From the NCBI RefSeq assembly GCF_006345805.1, contig NC_043026.1, positions 5,332,001 to 5,396,000 on the forward strand: a stretch of DNA of 64,000 bases, given 5' to 3'. Positions 26,451 through 35,500 of this stretch are shown here, in pieces. The first letter of the stretch is position 1, and every line of letters starts with the position of its first letter. A program made the position numbers and the translations under genes. The notes under the pieces were generated by a model. The model saw nothing but the letters and a program-made list of their open reading frames with translations, made no database searches and was not told the origin of the DNA. Source of the stretch: Octopus sinensis. Lineage: Eukaryota.

Positions 26451-27703
26451 TATTCTAGAAGCCATCCTGAAAGTAGCACAACTTAGTAATTGGTCTGAAA
26501 GGGAAAATTAGACATACATTAGTTCGGAACATTATAACAATACCGAATATATAATAACATTGAAAGTCGACATATTATTTTTAACTGTTGATGAGACACA
26601 AAAAATAATTTCAGTTTTGGAATCAGCAGAAAAAATAGATTGATAAACAATAAAAAAAATACAATAAACAAATTCTTTTTGAAAATTGTTACGTTGTGTA
26701 AATGATCTTTTTCTTCTTTCAATCAATGAAATATATTTTTTTAACTGATTTTGATTTTAATATTATACTTTGTATATAAATGGAATTGTTCTGGTGATTT
26801 CATTTCTATTTTATATCTTGAAGCAAACAAGAAGAATTGTTTAAATATTAAACAATTTGGTGACAACATATATTTTCTCTCTCAGCACATCTTTATCCTA
26901 CATCAACATTTTAATGTGCAATGCATTAAATATATATATAAAGTGAGAGAGAGAGAGATACACACTGGTATACATACATATATACGCACACTCTTCACGT
27001 TTGTGCTAATTTCCTCCTACCATTTTATAAACTATAAAAAATGTGTCCAGGATTTCAAATACTTTTACAAGAAGAGAAAGTTTATATTTTTTTGAGCAAT
27101 TTCAAAAATATTTGATGAATTCTAAAGAAAGAAATTGTAAATTATATTTAATGACAAAAAGTTTTAGATTTTATTTTGCATGGAAAATTCAAAGTTTGTA
27201 AATCAATTTTACAGAAATATAAGCTAAGAAATCAAATAGGTACGTAATTGTGTCTTTATTTTTGTCCCACTAACATTGCTTGACAACCGATGTTGGTGTG
27301 TTTACATCCCTGTAACTTAAAGTTCAGCAAAAGACACCAATAGAATAAGTACTAGGCTTACAAAGAATAAGTCCTGGGGTCAATTTGTTTGACTAAAGGC
27401 AGTGCTCCAGTATGGCCACAGTCAAATGACTGAAACAAGTACAAGAATAAAAGAATATATATACATATATACACGTACACTATATAAATACACACACACA
27501 CATAATATATACATGTTTATGTAAAAGGGAAATAAAATGTTGAAGTTGATATTGAAAAGGAGAGAGGGAATGAGAGAAAGAGAGAGAGATGAAAGTATAA
27601 GAAGAGAAGGACATATGAAGGATATAAAATAGGAAAGGGAGGGTTGTTATCATTATTAATTACTATTATTATTATTATTATTAATTACTATTACTATTAT
27701 TTG

Positions 27704-28095
27704 GGTGGTGAGCTGGCAGAATCGTTAGCATGCTGGGCAAAATGCTAGGGAGCTATTTGTTTGCTTTTACGTTCTGAGTTCAAATTTTGCCGGCATCAAC
27801 ATTGATCCTTTCGGGGTCAATAAAATAAGTACCTTTTGTGTTCTGGAGTCGATGTAATCAATTTACCTGCTCTCCAGAACAAGCTGGCCTTCTGTTAAAA
27901 TTTGATGCCATTATCATTATTATAATTATTATTATGACTTATCTGCAACTACATTCTGAGTTCAAATTCAACCAAGGTCAACTTTGCCTTTCATCCTTTT
28001 GGGGTCGATTCAATAAGTTCCAGTTATGCACTGGAGGCGATGTAATTTACTAGTCCCCTCACCCCAAATTTCAGCCCTTGTGCCTATAGTAAGAG

Positions 28096-28179
<84 letters not shown>

Positions 28180-28740
28180 ATTATTTTTATAATTACTGTG
28201 ACGAGCTGGCAGAATTGTGAGGATGCAAAGCAAAATGTTGAGCGGCATTTTGTCCATCTTTACATTCTGAGTTCAAATTCCACCTTTTCGGATCAATAAA
28301 TTAAGTACTAGTTGAGTACTACTGGGTCAGTGTAATAGACTGGCCCCTCCTTGAACTTGCTGGCCTTGTGCCAAAACTTGAAATCATTTTTATTATATTA
28401 AATAAAACATAAAAGAAATCATTGCTGTTGTTGTTGTTGTTTTTTGCTGCTGCTGCTAATATTATTATTATTGATGTTGTTATTGTTATAGTTATTGATT
28501 ATTCTTCTTTATTATTATTAATGTGATGAACAAGCAGAATTGTTACAAAATGCCAGACAAAATACTTTGCATCATTTCTTCCAAGTTTACATTTTGAGTT
28601 CAAATTCCACCAAGGTTGATTTTGCCCCTCGTCCTTTTGGGATTGATAAAATAAGAACCAGTTAGGGGCTGGGGGATGACATAATCAATTAACCCCCCAC
28701 ACCCAAAATTTCAGGCCTTATGCCTATAGTAGAAAGGATT
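27704..28740 (+). mobile_element. Cluster of about 4 head-to-tail family-A SINE copies separated by (TAT)n
   Basis: GAGCTGGCAGAA / GAGTTCAAATT heads at about 27710, 27955, 28203 and 28530. The long (TAT)n tract spans 28098-28180. Confidence 0.8.
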
Positions 28741-29937
28741 ATTATTATCTTCAGAATATTACCAAAAAAAAGTGGGGGCATGGCTGTATGGTTAAGAAAT
28801 TCACTTCAGAACCTTGTGGTCTCAGGTTCAGTCCCACTTTGCAGCACCTTAAAGAATTAACTTCTTCTAATGTTCCAGGTTGACTAAAGCCTTATGAATG
28901 GGTTTCGTACATGGAACTGATAAATCCTATGGTATATACATGTGTGTGTATATTCATGTATGCACATCTACATTTGTACATGTATGTGTATGCATGTGTG
29001 TGTGTGTGTGTGTGTGTGTGCATATGTCTGCTCACGTCTCCTTGTCTTGACATCTGCTGCGAATTATAAACAAATGTCACGTCAAACAGTGTCGTTTGTT
29101 TGCAGTGTTCCACCAGAAAACATATACAACCATTGTGCTGTTCATGTTGGAAGAACTTGGGGAAATATTCTCTTGCTTGAAACCAGGTGAGGATTGGTAA
29201 GCCTCATCGAGTGTAGTCATAGACTTGACTGAGTGGCACTCACAAGAACCTGGCAAGAAAACAAACAAAATTATGAGAGGGAAAATACAAAAAAGAAAAT
29301 ACATCATCTGATGTATTATAAAGGTTTTGACATCCATTTTCCCTAACTGGCATGGGTAGGACAGTTGATGAGGAAGCAGTGAACCAGAGGACATTGCTGA
29401 GCTCCAATGAAAGATTTGGCAAGATTTCTACAGCTGGATGATCTTCTTAATACCAGATGCACACATACACATGTGTGTATGTGTTTATGCGTGCATAAGA
29501 GTATATGAATGAATAAACATGGGTTTACTTATGTTTGATTGCACATCTGATTTTGTATGCTAGCATGGGTTAGATGAATATATTATTGTAGCCTTGTTTT
29601 ACAGACAGACAGCCTTCCTATTGCTCACCCAAAACCATTTTGCAAGAACAAAAGTTCTTATTTCCCATGTCTTCCAAGGTGGGGGTGATTGGTTGACAGA
29701 TGTTTCTGCTTGGAGCAACTTAAAAGAGATTGCAAACATAAACAAATGCACAGACACCTACGCGCACACACACTCACCTCCAGTTCACTGCTTCCTGTAG
29801 CAGAAACAGCTGGAAGCTAATGAAGGTGTCTACGTAACTCTTGTTCTTTTGTCGTTCATTGATTCATATCTATAAACATACATAGACACAAATATTTATA
29901 CACGGGTATGTGAAGGTATATATATGTATATATATAC

Positions 29938-30011
<74 letters not shown>

Positions 30012-31521
30012 CATCATCATCATCATCATTTACCATCCGCTTTCCATGCTAGCATGGGTTGGACGGTTCAACAGGGGTCTGGGAAGCCAGAAGGCTGCAC
30101 CATGCCCAGTCTGATCTGGCAAAGTTTCTACGGCTGGATGCCCTTCCTAACGCCAACCACTCCATGAGTGTAGTGGGTTCTTTTTACGTGCATCCTGCTG
30201 TAGAAAGAAAACCAGAAAATGTAACTTCAGGCAAGATATTCTTTGAACCATCCAACCAATTCCAGCATGGAAAGTGGGCGTAAAATGATGATCATCATAC
30301 ATACATACAGACATATAGATGTATAAATATACATATGTGCATCCGTGTGTATATATTATACATGTATAAATATACATATGTGCATCCTTGTGTATATATT
30401 ATACACATTCATTCATATATATGTATGCATGTGTATATAAATACATCTACAATTAGATTAAAGTCTAATTATTATGAGGGGTTTTGTAGGTTTTTCTTCC
30501 CCAAAATAAACCAAGTAGAATGGCACAAATGAAACATAAACATTCATTCCAATTTAATTTTACAATAGAAATATTGGCAATTATCTGCTTTTCTCTGTAT
30601 AAACTTTGTTGTCAACAACAACAGCAATAACAACAACATAGCCTTATCCAGCTTTTCCCCAAAAATATGTTGTTGTTTAGTCCATGTATATTCAAAGAGC
30701 TGACATCCTGAACAAGGTCTCTTTTATTTTTCATTCCTCCTGGGGTCAATAGAGTAACAGTCATTATTTCATAGACCAAGGAGGGGTGGAGGATCATTCT
30801 GATGATGATGGGTCACCAGAATATCATTAAACACCCCACCAATATTTCCTAATCCACCTCATTAAACCCCCAATACTTCATAATAAACTACACCAAGTTA
30901 TAACTCCTCACCTAACACAAAACAAAACACACTTCACCTGCCAAACCCCTTTTTCATACAAACACATCTTTCTCATTGCTACCCAAACATTGTCCCTTAT
31001 ATTAAAGATAATTAAGATGAACCTACCTTTCATTAATTGGGCTTATTCATTAACCAATCTTTATGATCTCAATCAGCAACAAATAATAACGATCCTCTCA
31101 ATATGCTGTCTATCAGTGTGATTATATGAAAGCCCATCTTTGGATAAGCTTTCCGAGTTAATCAATGTTGTGTATGATAATTGTGTGGATTATATTGAAA
31201 TGTCGAGAGATTTACAGCATTTGTCAGGTTAAGAACAGTTTCATCTCCAGCTTTATTGGTATCTGTGAATCCAGGTAAATATGATGGAAACCAAGCCAAC
31301 CATGACTGTCACATCATTTCCAGTGCATATAATTATTAATAATACTTATATTCCTGATTTGTAGGGACGTGATATTTCATTATGCAACCATAAATTCCTG
31401 TAAAATATATTAAATCGTTTTAGAAGTCAACACCACATTCTACTTTGTTAGCAGTGTTTTTCACATTATTCTATTGATATTCCATAGAAATTATAGTTGG
31501 CTCTGATTTTTTGCTAAAACC

Positions 31522-31624
31522 TTTCCTATCCAGATGTCAGATGTAAACAAACAATGAGAACAAACAACAGATGTTTTTCTCTTTGATCTCATTGTTTGTT
31601 TCCATCTGACATTTCGATATGAAA
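31522..31624. other. Hairpin-forming inverted repeat (43-bp stem, 17-nt loop), pri-miRNA-like
   Basis: 31522-31564 pairs with 31582-31624: 38 Watson-Crick pairs, 1 G:U and 4 isolated mismatches, with no bulges (manual pairing). Confidence 0.85.
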
Positions 31625-31938
31625 TGTTGTAGCAGGAAATCAGTCCTGGCTATAATTTCTACCGATAATATCTGTAGAAATAACCTCAACAAAATATTTA
31701 TATTCCTTCTTACTACAAAACTTTTCACCATCACTTATATTCAGTCAATAAAGATAATGGTGTATTTATATCTTCAAGTTTTATTTCTAATGATTATTCC
31801 ACTGGAAACAGTTTAAATGTTTAACTTCACTGTCAAATAAACAATTTGGTTATATATTTAATGAAATGTGTGTTTTCCTTGAAATAATTCTTTGAATGAA
31901 TCAAGTAAATATTATTTTATCAAAAGCTTTTCACAAAA

Positions 31939-31964
31939 CTAATAAAGTTTTCATTTTATTTCAG
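31939..31964 (+). promoter_or_regulatory. Putative branch point and 3' splice acceptor of the large coding exon
   Basis: CTAAT at 31939-31943 followed by TTTTCATTTTATTTCAG ending at 31964, 117 nt upstream of the strong-context ATG at 32082. No upstream exon was identified. Confidence 0.45.
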
Positions 31965-32081
31965 CTTTCATGTAAAAATTAGTGAATTTTGAAGAGATAA
32001 ATTGTATTCCAAAGGAAGAAAACAAAATCCACAAAAAAGAATATATTTAACAGAAAAAGATAATAATTCTATATTCATAAA

Positions 32082-32585
32082 ATGGAGAAGATTAATGAAG
32101 AAAACAAAATGTTGGCTCTCATTCCTGCCACAGTCTGTGATACAACAGCAATTTATAAGGAAACTACACCAATTATTACCCAAATATTACATACACAAAA
32201 CACAAAGAAAAGAGAACAGGAAAGAAAAGACACAAAGAAATCTAAAGAACAGGAAAAGTCCATGTTACCAAGTTTCCTTCATATTGTGACATGTTACCGA
32301 GCACTAATCAAAACAGACCACATCAATACGTTTATAGATTATGTAAAGGATAAATGTAATCACATGGACTCTCTGGGTTTAAATGGATCTCGAATTTTAC
32401 GTAATATCAAACGTAAAATGCCAAGATTTCTGGAATTTGCAAACAAAATAATGATTTGTTCACCAAAACTTGATTGGTTTCAACAAAGACTCTTTGACAT
32501 TTATGTCACCTGTAACCCATACAACCACAAGACCATTGAACCACCAAAAGTAACCACAAAATTTCGTCCTCTTCGGCAGTTGTGA
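32082..32585 (+). CDS. 167-aa ORF, probable N-terminal (helical/charged) segment of the large propeller protein
   Basis: ATG in strong context (AAAATGG). Non-repetitive coding-like sequence with a charged KKREQERKDTKKSKEQEK stretch. Its TGA (32583-32585) overlaps the opening of the 1737-aa frame. No RING or B-box Cys/His pattern is visible. Confidence 0.65.
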   Translation: MEKINEENKMLALIPATVCDTTAIYKETTPIITQILHTQNTKKREQERKDTKKSKEQEKSMLPSFLHIVTCYRALIKTDHINTFIDYVKDKCNHMDSLGLNGSRILRNIKRKMPRFLEFANKIMICSPKLDWFQQRLFDIYVTCNPYNHKTIEPPKVTTKFRPLRQL

Positions 32586-35500
32586 CCAGAGAAGTAGAGA
32601 TTGAGGAATCTGGTGAAGACTTAAGCAACCCAATATCCAATATTGTTGTCATACAAGGGGGTATTGTAACATATTCCCGCCACTTTATGACAATATGTTG
32701 TATAACAAGAGACGGCAAAAGAAACGATGTTCGTTGCTCATCTTCTGTCACTGATTTTACAAGAATCAGTGAAGACACAGTCCTCGCCACCCTGCCCTTC
32801 CGAAAAATGATTCTTATTATCAACCCTTTAAGTTTGAGAATCAAAAGAATTCAGCTAGGATTAATCTTGGTTTCTTATTTGGAACATTCTACGCTTATAG
32901 GTGTAGAAATGTTTGGTCAGACCATATACGTCATTGACTGGGAAGAGAATAGAATAAAATACGAATTCATAACGAAAGAAACCCCTTCAGATATTGCTGT
33001 AGGAGCACAAAATAAACTTTTAGTATCCTTTTCCAATATTAACAGGGTTACCTGTTACAATGTAGATGGTCAGCAGTTATTTGAGGTGGATACCAATTCC
33101 CTGGACATTCCAAGCCACATCTCTGTGTACCAAAACCATTTTTATGTCCTCCAGGGACATATTATTTATCGGATATCAGGTACAGGTGCTGTGACAACAA
33201 GAGAAATTGGCATGAAATGCCGCCATATTTCTGTTGGCAGAGAAAACATTTTTGTAACCGATTATTTTGATGTCCTTCATATCATTGGAACAAATGAAGA
33301 CTTTTGGCCCAGGCAGTCATATAAACCCCAGCTATGGACCCCAACATTGAACAACTATATTTATATTGAGGATTGCTACAACATTACAAATATTCTACCT
33401 ATGTCTACATCTTCTATATTAATAATTTACAAAAACAAGAAAGCTAAATTATTCACTGATAATGGGGAAATAATTAACCAAAATAATTCAGTTTTCCTTG
33501 AGCTTCCTTCTTTCTGTTGTAGAATAGATGCAAACAGATTCCTGGTATTTTATTGTGAAATGAAAGGATTTCAGTATATCACCTGTCCTGAACTCAAAAA
33601 AGGCCCTTTAATAAAGGTGCAAACTGGTTACATGAAAATATGTCATGTTGTATCAAATAAGTGTCTAGCTGTGACCACCACTAAAAACAAAATCGAGGTC
33701 CATATCCTATTGATCAACGAAGATAAAGTTGACATTGCAGAAAGAATTTCTCTGGGACATCATAATGTCAGCATTGCTGCAACTCCAATTAATTTTGTAG
33801 TCGTAGATGGAAACGAAAATAAAATGGTATTTTATTCCACATGTGGTGAAGAACTTTTTCAAAAATACCTTCCATTCTATGGCCACCCTCATCACATCTA
33901 CTCTGATAATGTTTATTTCTATGTCCTCTTCAGGAGACACTCTATTCTCAGATGTTACGATCTATATGGACAAATGAAATGGCAGTGGGAACTGCCTTTC
34001 CCTGTTCACCCTCACATTGCTGTTTTCCAAGGAACTCTTTATGTCCCGGACTCTCAACTCAACAGGGTTCTTCTTTACAAGTATCAAGACCGGTCGTCTG
34101 GCTGTCTTTTACCCATTAAAAATCCTTATATCAGAAATCTAAATCTACGACTCAAAGAAAAGGAGAATGACCAAAAACTTGTCATTGGTGAAATATGTAA
34201 TCTGTCCAATGGACAGTTGGTGGTCTCTGACATCAAGCATGATTGCTTGTTGTACATTTCTGAGGAAGGAGACATTGTGTCCAGATTATCTCTGCCGTCT
34301 ACAGCCACAGATATATGTCGATGGGATTCTAATCATATAGGGGTCACATTACCCCTACAGAAACAATTAAGGGTCATCGGAAACCTATCAAAGACAGTGA
34401 GAAGTGTAAAATTAAGGCAGCCTTATGTACGGGTGTGTAAGATGGGTGAATGTGAAATTGTTAGTTATTGTGATAAACCATCACATTTAGACATTTTAGC
34501 CATCAATTATTATAATCAAGTTGAAGTAATTAAGACAATTAATATCCCTGTGTTTGTAAAATCATTATCAATAGACAAGAAAACAGAAAAGCTATTAATT
34601 GTTACTAGGGGAAAAGCTTTTCAGTACAACACTAGAATAGGTGGTGGTGGTGGTCATGGCAGTGATATTAGTACTAGAAGTATTCTTAATATGATATGCA
34701 GTGATTCAGTGTCTGATATAGAAGCTATCTTCAAGGACATTAGTGGTGGTGTTCATGGCAGAGCACATCATCAGAGTGGTGGAAGTGATGGTAGTATTAG
34801 TAGTAGGGATGGTAGTATTAGTTGTAGTGACGGTAGTATTAGTAGTGGTGATGGTAGTATTAGTAGTAGTGATGGTATGGTTTCCAGTGATTCAGAGTCC
34901 GAAACAGAAGCTTTCTTCAAGCACATTAATGGTGGTGGTCAAGGCGGTCGTCAGATGGTCCCCAGTGTTTTAATGTCCCAAGTGAAACGTCCCCTCAGTC
35001 TCCAAGGTGGATCTATTGACCAAACGTCTGTTTATCTGATAGACAGAAGCCGTATGTTTGCCATAAACGATCAGAATTTGTTGGTTAATGATCTCGTTAC
35101 TAATAATCAACTTAATTATTATATCGACCTGGTGGATGTATTTTCCAGACACATTTCTCTCAGTGAAATGTTGTCTTCCACTTTATATCTACAGGACCTG
35201 ACAGTTTCTGATAAAGCCAAACATATTCCTCCTCCTAAACATTTGGGAGACAAAGAACCAGCGAGGATTGATCGTTTGGTTCTTACTGAAAATAATCTGA
35301 TTGCAGGATGGGACTGGGTGAATGGAAACATTAAGATATTCACATTGGATGGTCAACTATTGGATTCAATCAAAGTGAATGTTTATAGACATATTAAAAT
35401 ATGTCGATGGCAGTCAAACACACTGGTCATTGCGAGTTGGGATTTTCTTGAAGATAAATACCAACTGCAGACATTAAAAGTGGAGTTTCCATTGTCGTTG

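Noticed and set aside
32582-32585. Bacterial-style translational coupling (GTGA overlap) implying an operon or horizontally acquired prokaryotic DNA
   Set aside because: There is no Shine-Dalgarno sequence, the flanks are typical host repeats, a spliceosomal-type acceptor precedes ORF1, and a one-base indel explains the overlap more simply.
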